Part shown: piece by piece, positions 40,736 through 51,049 of the stretch
How the letters are laid out: the number at the start of each line of letters is the position of its first letter
How positions within the stretch are numbered: the stretch's first letter is position 1
Virus record (IMG/VR): IMGVR_UViG_3300022602_000102
Coordinates: 1-59,984 of that record
DNA from: a virus
Taxonomy: Duplodnaviria > Caudoviricetes
DNA: 59,984 nucleotides
Reading direction: 5' to 3' (one strand)
Notes under the pieces: generated by a model
Database searches by the model: none
The model's input: the letters and a program-made list of their open reading frames with translations, nothing else
Told to the model about the DNA's origin: nothing
Program-made: the position numbers and the translations under genes

Positions 40736-41164
40736 TTAACTTGTTAGCCCATTCACCTGATCGAACTGTATTTTTAGTTGGTCTTGGATGTTATACAACA
40801 GATAAGTCAGTGTGGCTTGTATTTGTAACCCAGTGTCATACGGAGTAACAACAATATTACTGGCTTGAATCCTAGGTTCATTATTAAAAATGTTGTTAAC
40901 ATCTGATAAAATTAAATTTTTAACTTCGTCAGTTAAAGGTTCAAACAATAAATCCCATATAACTGTTCCGTATGTAGGGTTCATTAAACGTTCGCCCTGT
41001 TTTACGTGAAAATTATTAATTAAATCTTGTTTAATCAATTCAAAATCATATAACGCAAAGTTATTAGTTGCACCACTTACTGTACTAAATCCTCTGTATC
41101 GTTGAATTCTTTGTGCAGGTGGTGTTCTTGTTTGTGGAATGTTTGTTGTAGTATATAAGGCCAT
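40736..41164 (-). CDS. gp25: Baseplate wedge subunit (gp25-like)
   Basis: LIKQDL....GERLMNPTYG..IWDLLFEP...EPRI motif. Confidence 0.85.
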   Translation of the reverse strand: MALYTTTNIPQTRTPPAQRIQRYRGFSTVSGATNNFALYDFELIKQDLINNFHVKQGERLMNPTYGTVIWDLLFEPLTDEVKNLILSDVNNIFNNEPRIQASNIVVTPYDTGLQIQATLTYLLYNIQDQLKIQFDQVNGLTS

Positions 41165-41165
41165 A

Positions 41166-42785
41166 TTAATTTCCTTTTAAGAATGTATCCATTGGGACAC
41201 CGTAAGTTTTCCAAGCATCGGGCGGCTCTATAGCACTACCAGACTCTCTATCTGTTTGATCCGGTTTAAAACTTGTAGGATCTAAATTTTCATGACCAGG
41301 ATAAGGCTCAGTAGTTGGAACACGTAGCATAATGCTGGTAATTGTTGTGCCGTCTGTTTCTGTAGGATTATCAAATGTGCTTAAAGGATCAGGCGGAGTT
41401 GCTGTTGTTGCTGTTGGGGTCCCGCTAGCTGTGCCAGAATTGAGATTGATATTGCCTCCGTCAATCGCAGTATTTGCGGCTTTGATATGTGTATCACCTG
41501 AGGTATTAATATTTAATGCCGATCCCGATGTCAATTGTGTTATACCCGTAGCATTGATATCTAAAGTGTCTTCAACAGTAATCTTAGTAGCACCTGTTAT
41601 TTGTTCATCATGTGTGCCATCTATTTTAATGGCAACGTTGCCATTAACAATTAAATTTTTGTCGCCGCCAATTTCTGTTTGATGACGTTCTGCCACTTTA
41701 AGATTAAAATTACGACCACATTCTATGTTTATATCTCTGTCAGCATAAAAATTCATATCGTTGCCTGTATGCACACTAATACTGTCAGTTGCAAAGATAT
41801 CTATTTTACCATCGCTAGTCATTTCAATCCAACTAGTGCCTCTGGAATTAGTAATGTATATTAAATCCTCAGTATTATGCATCAATATTTGATGACCAGT
41901 TCGAGTACGTAATCTAATTAATTCATTAGCTGGTCTTGTGACATCACCGTCTGTATCTCCTGCATCGATACTAGCGTAATCTGGTGGACCAGAACTAGCA
42001 TCGGTCCTACGTAACCAGTTAGCGTCACCGTCATCCATAACAAATGTGCTACCGCCTAAACGGCTTACAAATGCATTTAAAACTTTCCATTCCGCTTTAC
42101 CGATATCTGCTTGTTTTGCACCTGATTGCTTATCAACTGGTCCCGGTGTGCTGATACCAAATACAGTACTAGGAGTTTCTCTTCGAGCACTACTACTAGT
42201 AATGCCTCGCACATCATCTAACAACAAACCTTGATCATCAAGTACTTTAGAAAAAGGATGAATTGGTTTTTTATTTGTATCTGGATCTTTAAGATTATTA
42301 TTACTTGTCACAGATTTATCATATTCAGCAGTTGGTGCTCTACCAGTATTGCCTGAATTATCTGCTGATACATCTTCTACTACACTTTGCGTTGCCGCAA
42401 GACCTGGTAACATGAAATTCATGCCTTCATCAGGAACACACCCTATCCAATAACCACGTTTAGGATCACCGTCAATGAAAATAATTACAACTGTCACTCC
42501 TACATCGGGAGGAACCATCCACATACCATAACTTTTTTGTGTATCATTGTAATCATTGTTTGGGCCAGTAGCGCCAACTGGTGTGACACCATAAAAAGGA
42601 CTCATGTATCGTACTTGGTGTAGTTGACTTTCTGAACTCGAAGCACCAACTGGTCTAAGAATTTCAACCTCAAGTATACCCATATAAGTAGGATCAAGAT
42701 TACTTACTACAGTCGCAAGAAAGGGCCCCGGTTTTTGTTCTTTAGGGGACGAGCTATACTCTTCATTTTCGTGTTCAACTGCCAT
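41166..42785 (-). CDS. Baseplate hub / central spike (gp5/VgrG-like, no lysozyme domain seen)
   Basis: OB-fold-like N-terminus (V..N.DP...G...V; PPDVG..V...F..GDP...YWIG), RTGHQILM, then beta-helix repeats. Confidence 0.7.
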   Translation of the reverse strand: MAVEHENEEYSSSPKEQKPGPFLATVVSNLDPTYMGILEVEILRPVGASSSESQLHQVRYMSPFYGVTPVGATGPNNDYNDTQKSYGMWMVPPDVGVTVVIIFIDGDPKRGYWIGCVPDEGMNFMLPGLAATQSVVEDVSADNSGNTGRAPTAEYDKSVTSNNNLKDPDTNKKPIHPFSKVLDDQGLLLDDVRGITSSSARRETPSTVFGISTPGPVDKQSGAKQADIGKAEWKVLNAFVSRLGGSTFVMDDGDANWLRRTDASSGPPDYASIDAGDTDGDVTRPANELIRLRTRTGHQILMHNTEDLIYITNSRGTSWIEMTSDGKIDIFATDSISVHTGNDMNFYADRDINIECGRNFNLKVAERHQTEIGGDKNLIVNGNVAIKIDGTHDEQITGATKITVEDTLDINATGITQLTSGSALNINTSGDTHIKAANTAIDGGNINLNSGTASGTPTATTATPPDPLSTFDNPTETDGTTITSIMLRVPTTEPYPGHENLDPTSFKPDQTDRESGSAIEPPDAWKTYGVPMDTFLKGN

Positions 42786-45043
42786 TAATCATCCTTAGTA
42801 TCGTTAGGTTTCTGATCTGTAGTGTTAAGAGTATTAGCACTGCTTCCAGTTCCTGCATACTCTTGGCCATTTCTACGTGGGCCAGTTAATGTTTGTGTAA
42901 ACTGGCCGCCATCAAAGTAACTCTTAACTGTAACAACTCTATAAATTCCACTCCAAGTCATTACAGGAGCAGTTTTTGCACTTTTACCAAAATCAAATAA
43001 ACCAGTAGTTTGATTTAAATCAACAGGTGTTCTAAAATTTACCTTAATGTCGACTTCACTATTTTGATAACTCACACTACCATCTTTATTTAGGTTAGAA
43101 AATTGTGTAGGAGAACTTGTATAATTGCCCATACCGCTTTGTGCAATAAAATATGGATCTCCAATAATTTTTAAATCTAAATTTAGCATTCCAGCAGCAC
43201 TGGTGATAGCATCATGGAATTGTTTAGCGGCTCGGGTTTGTTCAGTTTCTTGACCGCCGCCACCTTTTCCGTCATTAAATTTTGTACCTGTAAATCTTAC
43301 TGCTGTTGGTACATCACCTAACTTCTTAGGTGGTGTTTGTCCGTCTGGTAATGGTTGATCATTTTGTTCTTTTCCGCTACTTGCACCGTTTGCCGCTTCT
43401 TGTCGTTTAGCATCAGTTGTTCTCTTAGACGAAGTTGCAGCCATTTTTGCTGTAAATCCTGTTTTAAATTCAATATGGAAACTTAAAACATCAACGTTCT
43501 TTCCTGTGTAAATGTAATCATATACTTTAACAACTTGTTTTTCAAGTTCATCAAACCCTGGGGCTTTTGTGCCAGGAGCAGTTACAGCACTAGTATGGAC
43601 TCCGTATGGAACAACACGATATACAATAATTCTAGGAGAAGTTCCTTGTTGTTGTACTGTTTTAGGATCATCGATCTGATAAACTTGTGTATCAATTCTC
43701 CACCACTTTCTCATCCCAGCAGAATCGATATTTTGTTCTTGCAGTTGTGCCGTTGAATAATCACTGTTAAGTAATACCGCATCAATAGCAGTTGTAATAT
43801 CAGTATCTTGACTAAATCTCATATCACTGATTTGTCTGTTTATTGTATTATTACTTCTAATCGGATTTCCATTAGAATCATACACTACGTTATCTTTTCC
43901 TATAGGAGCGTCACCTTTACGAGTATCGCCAAATCCCATTTTTGCTTTACCAATTAAATTAACACTGCCTGCATCTTGTACTAATGTGTCATTGCCCACT
44001 ACCGTACTTTGAGATAAGCCAAGTTTAGTTGCAATAGCATCTTGACTAGATGCTGACATTAAAGTTGTAGCACCATCTGAATTTTCACCAGAGCTACCTT
44101 GGCCTTCTGAAGAAATATCTGTTGGAAATAATATAACAATTTGGTCAGGAGTGTTAACAACTTTATCATCTTTCAATTGTTTTAAACGTTTGTTTAACAT
44201 TACTTGGAGACTTTTTTCTCCTGTTTGTAAAACTTCTTGTACAGTAAGTCCAGTAATACTGCCATCTGTTTTTAATTCAGAAACATGGCTGCTTAATGCT
44301 TCGCTGTTAACAGGAAATCCTTCACACTGATAAACTGCGCCGGCTTCTGTAACTGTCATTACCACATTACGCAATCTAAAAGGAATTTTACGAGCACTAT
44401 TTGGTACATTAACCATTGTGCCAGTTTCAGTATTTCCTCTGAAATCAATAGTCATTAAAAAAAATGCTTGCGTATAATTGGCATGGCCCGCATCCCATGC
44501 CGCTTGTTGTATACTCATCATAAACATGCCCATACTGTATGGTTCAGTTACCTGAAAACTGATCTTGTGCATGTTTGTATTGTGGCCTTTTTCAAAACCA
44601 ATAGTACTTTCAATTTCTAGCTTGTCTATGAAAAAGTCAAATTGCCCGTACTCTGTTTGTATTCTATTTGTTGGATCTGCATTTGCAGATTTAGCTATTA
44701 AAGGTAATCTTTGACCTTTCATATAGCCTGTATCAGGTTTGTTTAATTGATCTTTAGTTAGTACTGCCATGCCTAAAACATAGTCGTATGTTGCATAGGC
44801 AAATAATGGATTAGGCAGTGGAAGAGTTACGCCCGATATAGATTTAAATGCTGTACCAAAAGAACTTAATGCGCTACCGATACCGCCTACTACACCACTA
44901 ATTGCACTGCCAATACCAGACAATGCGCTTGCAGGTCCCGAACTTAAGAATCCAGCTACTCCGCTAACTGCTCCGCTAACTGCATCACTTACTGAAGTAG
45001 TTGCAGAATCTACCGCACCTGAAATATCTCCAAATAATGACAT
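42785..45043 (-). CDS. Putative baseplate hub / tail protein
   Basis: Between the gp53-like and gp5-like genes; C-terminal L.IIGDPYF and SGIYRV..V.S.F..GQFTQTL hub-like motifs. Confidence 0.55.
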   Translation of the reverse strand: MSLFGDISGAVDSATTSVSDAVSGAVSGVAGFLSSGPASALSGIGSAISGVVGGIGSALSSFGTAFKSISGVTLPLPNPLFAYATYDYVLGMAVLTKDQLNKPDTGYMKGQRLPLIAKSANADPTNRIQTEYGQFDFFIDKLEIESTIGFEKGHNTNMHKISFQVTEPYSMGMFMMSIQQAAWDAGHANYTQAFFLMTIDFRGNTETGTMVNVPNSARKIPFRLRNVVMTVTEAGAVYQCEGFPVNSEALSSHVSELKTDGSITGLTVQEVLQTGEKSLQVMLNKRLKQLKDDKVVNTPDQIVILFPTDISSEGQGSSGENSDGATTLMSASSQDAIATKLGLSQSTVVGNDTLVQDAGSVNLIGKAKMGFGDTRKGDAPIGKDNVVYDSNGNPIRSNNTINRQISDMRFSQDTDITTAIDAVLLNSDYSTAQLQEQNIDSAGMRKWWRIDTQVYQIDDPKTVQQQGTSPRIIVYRVVPYGVHTSAVTAPGTKAPGFDELEKQVVKVYDYIYTGKNVDVLSFHIEFKTGFTAKMAATSSKRTTDAKRQEAANGASSGKEQNDQPLPDGQTPPKKLGDVPTAVRFTGTKFNDGKGGGGQETEQTRAAKQFHDAITSAAGMLNLDLKIIGDPYFIAQSGMGNYTSSPTQFSNLNKDGSVSYQNSEVDIKVNFRTPVDLNQTTGLFDFGKSAKTAPVMTWSGIYRVVTVKSYFDGGQFTQTLTGPRRNGQEYAGTGSSANTLNTTDQKPNDTKDD

Positions 45044-45044
45044 A

Positions 45045-45347
45045 TTATAAACCTAACACAGTTGTTAAATCAGCATTTTTACAAAGATATATTTGAACCC
45101 CTGGTACAAAATCAAGAATAGGATCTTGAATTACATCTAAATTTCGTTGCATAAACACCCACCATAAACTTGAAGTACCATACAAATCGTATGCTAACAA
45201 GTCTGGACGAAATGCATATTGCGGTTCTAATGTATACAAAAAATCATTTGTAGATTTACTAACCGGTCTAATGGTCAACACATCTAAGTATGTGTTTGTT
45301 ATTTGAGTAGTGTACCAAGGACTTGTGTTAGTGTATTTTGCAGTCAT
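45045..45347 (-). CDS. gp53: Baseplate wedge protein (gp53/LysM-like)
   Basis: RPDLLAYDLYGTSSLWWVF...N motif. Confidence 0.75.
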   Translation of the reverse strand: MTAKYTNTSPWYTTQITNTYLDVLTIRPVSKSTNDFLYTLEPQYAFRPDLLAYDLYGTSSLWWVFMQRNLDVIQDPILDFVPGVQIYLCKNADLTTVLGL

Positions 45348-45349
45348 GA

Positions 45350-46351
45350 TTAAATGTATCCAAATGAATTATTAAGATAGCCGCCGCCAACAAATCTATC
45401 AAGACTAAAGTTACGAGCACTGTTTCTACTGTATACTGGTTGTAATGTTACACTGAAACTACTCTTAGTAGGAACATGTGTTACTCCGCCACTTGTTGTG
45501 CCGCCAAGACCTAAACTGCCAGCTAGTCCTGCTATCTGTCCAACACCGCCGGCTATGGTACTTATTTCGCCGGTAATGCTACCTAACCCAGGAACGGCAC
45601 TACCTAATGCGCCGCCAATCGATCCTGCTAAACCACCAATACTGTCCGATACGCCTTGAATATTTCCAGCCATGCTTCCTACAACATTACATCCGATGTA
45701 ATCACAATCGTTAGGCAAAGTACAATTAAAACTAGTAACTACCACTGGTACGTTTTTAAAAATATAATTCCCATATCCGTTTAGCATAATCACAGGGGGA
45801 GGGTTACCTGCTTTAGGATCAGATCCAGTGAACATTTTGGTAAGACTTCTTAAATAATGAACTGCTGCAATCCAATATAATGCTTGAGTAGAATCTTCTA
45901 CGTTCATCGGTGCTGTAACTGAAATGCTTCCAGGGTCACTGTTTTTGTATGCTTGAAAAGTATAGTTGGTATGTGTAGTAGTAACTGCTTGATAGCTTGC
46001 AGTACTGTTAATTGTAATCTGAGGAGTGTATGGAAATATGAGTCCGCCGGCATCTTTTAATGGTTTTAAAACAGGACTACCTTTAAAACTAGTCCATTTT
46101 GCAAGACTTAATCTTACACGCCAATCAGCAGGATCTGCATCTCCACCAAAACTAGATATAGCACTCATAACATCACCAGCGCCTTCTGCTAACCCACTAA
46201 GTGCTCCGCTTAAACGGCCAGATGACGCAAAATCTGCTAGGGATCCGCTATCTGCTAAACCTGATGCAAAGTTAGAAATTGCATTTCCACCGCTTGCAGC
46301 GGCGTTTACAAGCTGGGATGCATCGGTTAATGAACTAAGGTCTAGTGCCAT
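45350..46351 (-). CDS. Putative tail-tube/baseplate junction protein
   Basis: FPYTPQI, GNPPPV..LNGYG..FKNVPVVVTSF tube-initiator-like motifs; first gene of the tail block. Confidence 0.5.
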   Translation of the reverse strand: MALDLSSLTDASQLVNAAASGGNAISNFASGLADSGSLADFASSGRLSGALSGLAEGAGDVMSAISSFGGDADPADWRVRLSLAKWTSFKGSPVLKPLKDAGGLIFPYTPQITINSTASYQAVTTTHTNYTFQAYKNSDPGSISVTAPMNVEDSTQALYWIAAVHYLRSLTKMFTGSDPKAGNPPPVIMLNGYGNYIFKNVPVVVTSFNCTLPNDCDYIGCNVVGSMAGNIQGVSDSIGGLAGSIGGALGSAVPGLGSITGEISTIAGGVGQIAGLAGSLGLGGTTSGGVTHVPTKSSFSVTLQPVYSRNSARNFSLDRFVGGGYLNNSFGYI

Positions 46352-46383
46352 ATAATATTATTTCCTTTTGGTATAATATTTAG

Positions 46384-46412
46384 TTGACTTTATTAAGTGC
46401 GTAGTTTATAAT
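46384..46412 (+). promoter_or_regulatory. Sigma70 promoter for the late sigma factor gene
   Basis: TTGACT (46384-46389), 17 nt, TATAAT (46407-46412). Confidence 0.8.
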
Positions 46413-46435
46413 TACACAAACGAGGATTGTTCTGA

Positions 46436-47266
46436 ATGACACCAACGAAAGTAAATTACCTAAACAACAAGGATATGTTGTTAGAAATACATAGAAGTAA
46501 AAGCTCATATTGTAGCTTTACACAACCAGAATATCACCAATACGACATAATTGTTCCAAGTTTGGATAAAATTAACATCCGAACGATTGCAGAGGCCAAA
46601 CGCAATAGAGCAAAACGAATCGGTGATTTAGATTATCAAACACGTAAAAAGGCTGGAGAAAAAGTTAAACAAGCTGACTGCGAAATTGACTATAAAAAGA
46701 TTCTTAAAACAGATGTAGTTTTTAGAGTCATGACGTTTGATCATATTCCGCTTAATAACACCCGTAAAAAGAATCCAAAGAGTCTAGCCGACCATAGAGA
46801 TAAAGTTAATTTTCCTCCGTTCCAACACTGGAAATTTGATGAAGAAGATAATCTTATTTGCGTGGGCAAAAGCCATTGGAAGGGAGATTTGGTTAAAGGA
46901 CACTTTGATAAAGATGCCGGCCAAATAACTAACACCTTAGCTAGGATGATGTTAAAATTGTGTGAACGTTATGCCACACGTGGCAACGTGCGTGGCTACA
47001 CATATAACGACGAAATGAAAGGACAAGCCATTTTGCAGTTAACACAAATTGGATTACAGTTTGATGAAAGTAAATCGGATAACCCATTTGCATATTTTAC
47101 TGCGGCTGTTACTAATAGTTTCGTTCGTATTATTAATATTGAAAAACGTAACCAAAATATCCGTGATGACATTTTAGAAATCAACGGTATGAACCCAAGT
47201 TATAGTAGAACTGGTGCAGGCGAACATGCGGCCGCACTAAAACGAAACGAGGAAGCTAGTGAGTAA
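46436..47266 (+). CDS. gp55: Late-transcription sigma factor (T4 gp55-like)
   Basis: NYLNNKDML N-terminus; GYTYNDEM..AI...FDESKSDNPFAYFT....NSF.R.I..EK; upstream of gp47/gp46 as in T4-like phages. Confidence 0.85.
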   Translation: MTPTKVNYLNNKDMLLEIHRSKSSYCSFTQPEYHQYDIIVPSLDKINIRTIAEAKRNRAKRIGDLDYQTRKKAGEKVKQADCEIDYKKILKTDVVFRVMTFDHIPLNNTRKKNPKSLADHRDKVNFPPFQHWKFDEEDNLICVGKSHWKGDLVKGHFDKDAGQITNTLARMMLKLCERYATRGNVRGYTYNDEMKGQAILQLTQIGLQFDESKSDNPFAYFTAAVTNSFVRIINIEKRNQNIRDDILEINGMNPSYSRTGAGEHAAALKRNEEASE

Positions 47267-47283
47267 TAAGTACACAATGCCAA

Positions 47284-47310
47284 TCGCCTATGATAAATAA
47301 TTATAGGAGA
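47284..47310 (+). promoter_or_regulatory. Late promoter GATAAATA (47292-47299) inside an RBS-sequestering hairpin
   Basis: CCTATGA (47287-93) pairs with TTATAGG (47301-07) and covers part of AGGAG. Confidence 0.7.
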
Positions 47311-47318
47311 CATTAACT

Positions 47319-47975
47319 ATGAAATATAAAATTGATTATTATGGATACGTTTACGAGTGGACAAATACTAAGAATGAGAAAAAGTATATTGGATCTCATT
47401 ACGGATCTGTGGATGATTATTATATAGGATCTGGTAAGGCATTTAAGCCAGCATACACTCGAAATCCAGATCTTTTTAAGATGAATGTATTAGAATATCT
47501 TATTGAAGACGATAAAAAACTACTGTTAAAAAAAGAGCAAGAATGGTTGGACCGTATTCCCAATATTAGAGAAAATAAAACTTATTATAATCTAAATAAT
47601 TATTCTTTAGGCGGGTCGAGCCATATAACAAGAAAACATATTGAAAAAAGATCAAATACATTAAAAGAAAAACACGCAAAATTAGGTCTGAGCGAGGCGG
47701 AACGATTATCCTACAAAACTAAAATTGAAACAAGACTAACAAGAATCGCGTCCGTAGGGTTTACAAAAAAAGAAAAAGAACAACATGCAAAATACGGATT
47801 CCAGGTACAAGTAACTACACCCAACGGCGAGATTAAAATATTTGATTCATGCGGGCAAGCAACAAGAGCATTAGGAATAGATGTACAATACGGATTAAAA
47901 GTTTGCATCAAAAATCTTGATTTTCGAGGTTATAAGATAGTAAAATTAAGAGATCCATTAGTGGATTGTAGATAA
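47319..47975 (+). CDS. Free-standing GIY-YIG homing endonuclease (Seg-like)
   Basis: GYVYEWTN..N.KKYIGSH, Y.GSG, EQEWL, YYNLN; C-terminal FDSCGQATRALGI helix-turn-helix; inserted between gp55 and gp47. Confidence 0.82.
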   Translation: MKYKIDYYGYVYEWTNTKNEKKYIGSHYGSVDDYYIGSGKAFKPAYTRNPDLFKMNVLEYLIEDDKKLLLKKEQEWLDRIPNIRENKTYYNLNNYSLGGSSHITRKHIEKRSNTLKEKHAKLGLSEAERLSYKTKIETRLTRIASVGFTKKEKEQHAKYGFQVQVTTPNGEIKIFDSCGQATRALGIDVQYGLKVCIKNLDFRGYKIVKLRDPLVDCR

Positions 47976-47983
47976 AGGAAAAT

Positions 47984-48997
47984 ATGGAAAATTTATTTAA
48001 GAAAGCGGCTGTATTTACAGATCTCCATCTTGGACTGAAAAGTAATTCGTCAATTCATAATCAAGACTGCGAAGATTTTGTTGACTGGTTCATATCTAAA
48101 GCAAAATCCGAAGGATGTGACACAGGATTATTTCTTGGAGATTTTCATCATAATCGAAATACATTAAATGTAGTTACAATGGATTACTCGTTGAGAGTTC
48201 TGGAAAAGCTCGGTCAGGCGTTTGATAACTTCTATTTCTTTCCTGGTAATCATGATTTGTATTACAAAGACAAACGGGACATACACAGTGTGGAGTTTGG
48301 AAAGTATATACCTGGTATCACTGTGGTACATGAGCCTACTACTATTGGAGATGTCACGCTGTGTCCCTGGCTGGTTGGTGAAGAATGGAAATCAATAAGC
48401 AAAAAAGGTGGCAAGTATTGTTTTGGACATTTTGAATTACCTAAATTCTTTATGAATGCCATGGTACAAATGCCTGATCACGGCGAACTTCAAGTAGATG
48501 CGTTCAAGGGGTTTGAACTAGGATTCAGTGGGCACTTTCATAAACGCCAACAAAATGAAAATATGATTTATATTGGCAACGCATTTCCGCACAATTATTC
48601 AGATGCTTGGGATGATGAGCGTGGTATGATGGTGTTAGAGTGGGGAGGCACTCCCACGTATTTTACTTGGCCTGGACAACCTACATTTCGTACAGTTAAA
48701 TTAAGCCAGCTAATCGATGAAGCTGATAAAATTATTAAACCTAAACAACATCTTCGTGTGACTTTAGACATTGATATTAGTTTTGAAGAAGCTAGTTTTA
48801 TTAAAGAAAAATTTATTGGTGATTATGACATTCGTGAACTAACACTAATTGCAGAAAAGAAAGAAGCTGAAATTAATACTAGTATTGATATCCAGGCTTT
48901 TGAAAGCGTAGATCAAATTGTAAGCAATCAGATTATTAGTATTGACAGCGAAACATATAACAAAAACACCTTGTTGGAAATTTATAATAGCTTATGA
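47984..48997 (+). CDS. gp47: Recombination nuclease subunit (gp47 / Mre11-SbcD-like)
   Basis: FTDLHLG, LGDFHH, PGNHD, FGHFE, SGHFH phosphoesterase motifs. Confidence 0.92.
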   Translation: MENLFKKAAVFTDLHLGLKSNSSIHNQDCEDFVDWFISKAKSEGCDTGLFLGDFHHNRNTLNVVTMDYSLRVLEKLGQAFDNFYFFPGNHDLYYKDKRDIHSVEFGKYIPGITVVHEPTTIGDVTLCPWLVGEEWKSISKKGGKYCFGHFELPKFFMNAMVQMPDHGELQVDAFKGFELGFSGHFHKRQQNENMIYIGNAFPHNYSDAWDDERGMMVLEWGGTPTYFTWPGQPTFRTVKLSQLIDEADKIIKPKQHLRVTLDIDISFEEASFIKEKFIGDYDIRELTLIAEKKEAEINTSIDIQAFESVDQIVSNQIISIDSETYNKNTLLEIYNSL

Positions 48998-50775
48998 GTA
49001 TAAAACTTAAAGAATTAACAGTTAAAAATTTTATGAGTGTGGGCAACCAGACCCAGGCAGTAAACTTTGCCCAAGAAAATCTAACCCTTGTACTGGGTGA
49101 AAATTTAGATCAAGGCGGCGATGATAGTGGTTCACGTAACGGTACAGGTAAGACAACTATTGTAAATGCCTTGAGTTTTGCCCTGTTTGGCAATGCATTA
49201 ACTAATATTAAAAAAGATAACTTGATTAATAAAACCAACAATAAAAATATGTTGGTAACACTGGCTTTTGAAAAAGATGGCACAGACTATCGAATTGAAC
49301 GTGGCCGCAAACCTAATGTACTACAGTTTTTTGTTAACGACCAAGCTCAAGAAACTGAAGAAACAGATGATGCACAAGGCGACATGCGTGAAACACAAAA
49401 GGATTTAGATGACCTGTTAGGCATGAGCCATGACATGTTCAAACATATTGTTGCTCTTAACACATACACTGAGCCGTTTTTAAGTATGCGGGCCAATGAC
49501 CAGCGTGTGATCATTGAGCAATTACTAGGTATTACGCTTCTTAGTGAAAAAGCAGATGCACTCAAGGAATTGGTCAAACTGACCAAAGATGCTATTACAC
49601 AAGAAACAGCTAACATTGAAGCTACCAAACGCAGTAACGAAGGCATACAAAAAAGTATTGATAGTCTACTGACTAAACAAAATGCCTGGAATACACAACA
49701 TGCACAAGATTTAGAAAAGATTGGTCGTGCTATTGTAGAACTTGAAAGTGTGGATATTGAAACTGAACTTGCGAAGCACAGCGAGCTGAAAGATTTTTCT
49801 GAAAAATCAGCGAAGCTGAAAAGCCTAGAAAAGGAGCAAGCTACTTTGAATAGCGCGATAGCGCAAGCAGAGCGAAGCGTTACGAAGTATAACGGCGAGC
49901 TTGCCAAGTTGGCTAACAAGACCTGTCACGCATGTGAACAAGAACTACATGATCACAAACATGAAGAAATGACCACTGTTGCACAGGGTCACCTCGATGA
50001 AGCAAAAAAATACTATGACAAAGTTTCAAAAGACTTAGAAAAAATTCAAGCCGAGATTCAAGCAGTGGGCGAAATACCCCGCAAGCCTGTTACTTACTAT
50101 GATACAATTGAGCAAGCTCTTAAGCATCAAAACAACTTAAAGACCTTGGAAAATCAACTGGTACAAAAAAGCCACGATGCTGATCCTTATCAAGAGCAAA
50201 TTGACGAACTAACCGACACAGCTCTCCAGGAAATTTCATGGGACCGTGTTAATGAACTTAGCAGTCTCAAGGATCATCAAGAGTTCTTGCTTAAACTGTT
50301 GACATCAAAAGATTCGTTTATTCGTAAAAAGATCATAGATCAAAATCTAGCCTACTTGAACAATCGTCTAACCTATTACTTGGACAAGATGGGTTTGCCA
50401 CACAGCGTACTATTTCAAAATGATCTTACAGTTATGATTACTCAACTGGGGCAGGACTTGGATTTTGACAACCTATCACGGGGTGAGCGCAATCGTCTTA
50501 TCTTGGGTCTGAGTTGGGCGTTCCGCGATGTATGGGAAAGCCTATATCAAAACATCAATTTACTGTTTGTAGATGAACTAATTGACAATGGCTTGGATGC
50601 TTCGGGTGTAGAAGGCGCACTGGCTGTATTGAAAAAAATGGCTCGTGAACGCAAAAAGAACATATTCTTGATATCACACAAGGACGAACTAATTGGTCGT
50701 GTGAACAATGTGCTAAAAGTCGTTAAGGAAAATGGCTATACTAGCTATGCCAACGACTTAGAGATCAATGAGTAA
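48994..50775 (+). CDS. gp46: Recombination ATPase subunit (gp46 / Rad50-SbcC-like)
   Basis: KNFMSVGN, NGTGKTT, CHAC zinc hook, LSRGE signature, LFVDE, ISH. Confidence 0.92.
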   Translation: MSIKLKELTVKNFMSVGNQTQAVNFAQENLTLVLGENLDQGGDDSGSRNGTGKTTIVNALSFALFGNALTNIKKDNLINKTNNKNMLVTLAFEKDGTDYRIERGRKPNVLQFFVNDQAQETEETDDAQGDMRETQKDLDDLLGMSHDMFKHIVALNTYTEPFLSMRANDQRVIIEQLLGITLLSEKADALKELVKLTKDAITQETANIEATKRSNEGIQKSIDSLLTKQNAWNTQHAQDLEKIGRAIVELESVDIETELAKHSELKDFSEKSAKLKSLEKEQATLNSAIAQAERSVTKYNGELAKLANKTCHACEQELHDHKHEEMTTVAQGHLDEAKKYYDKVSKDLEKIQAEIQAVGEIPRKPVTYYDTIEQALKHQNNLKTLENQLVQKSHDADPYQEQIDELTDTALQEISWDRVNELSSLKDHQEFLLKLLTSKDSFIRKKIIDQNLAYLNNRLTYYLDKMGLPHSVLFQNDLTVMITQLGQDLDFDNLSRGERNRLILGLSWAFRDVWESLYQNINLLFVDELIDNGLDASGVEGALAVLKKMARERKKNIFLISHKDELIGRVNNVLKVVKENGYTSYANDLEINE

Positions 50776-51037
50776 ACACGTTGAGCCCACTCCATATCAA
50801 AATGAAGAGTCGCATGAGCAACTCATGGCGGCGTTTAGGGAATATTTTAAGGCAAATCAAGATTGGCAAGCAAAAGGCACTCGCAGGGCAGGTGAAAACA
50901 TGCGCTACTGGCTAGCGCAGATTCGTATAATAGCTCGTGATCGCAGAGCACATGTACAGCAGTACCGTGTATGGCTGGATCGAGACAAGGCTCTACGCAA
51001 GGCAAACCAAAAGGCAAAGGGTACCAATGAAGAATAA
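50768..51037 (+). CDS. Hypothetical protein
   Basis: 89-aa basic helical ORF overlapping the gp46 stop. Confidence 0.65.
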   Translation: MSKHVEPTPYQNEESHEQLMAAFREYFKANQDWQAKGTRRAGENMRYWLAQIRIIARDRRAHVQQYRVWLDRDKALRKANQKAKGTNEE

Positions 51038-51049
51038 TATACATACATT

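Noticed and set aside
47267-47983. Group I intron around the GIY-YIG endonuclease
   Set aside because: gp55 and gp47 are both intact, and the gaps (52 and 8 nt) are too short for an intron core
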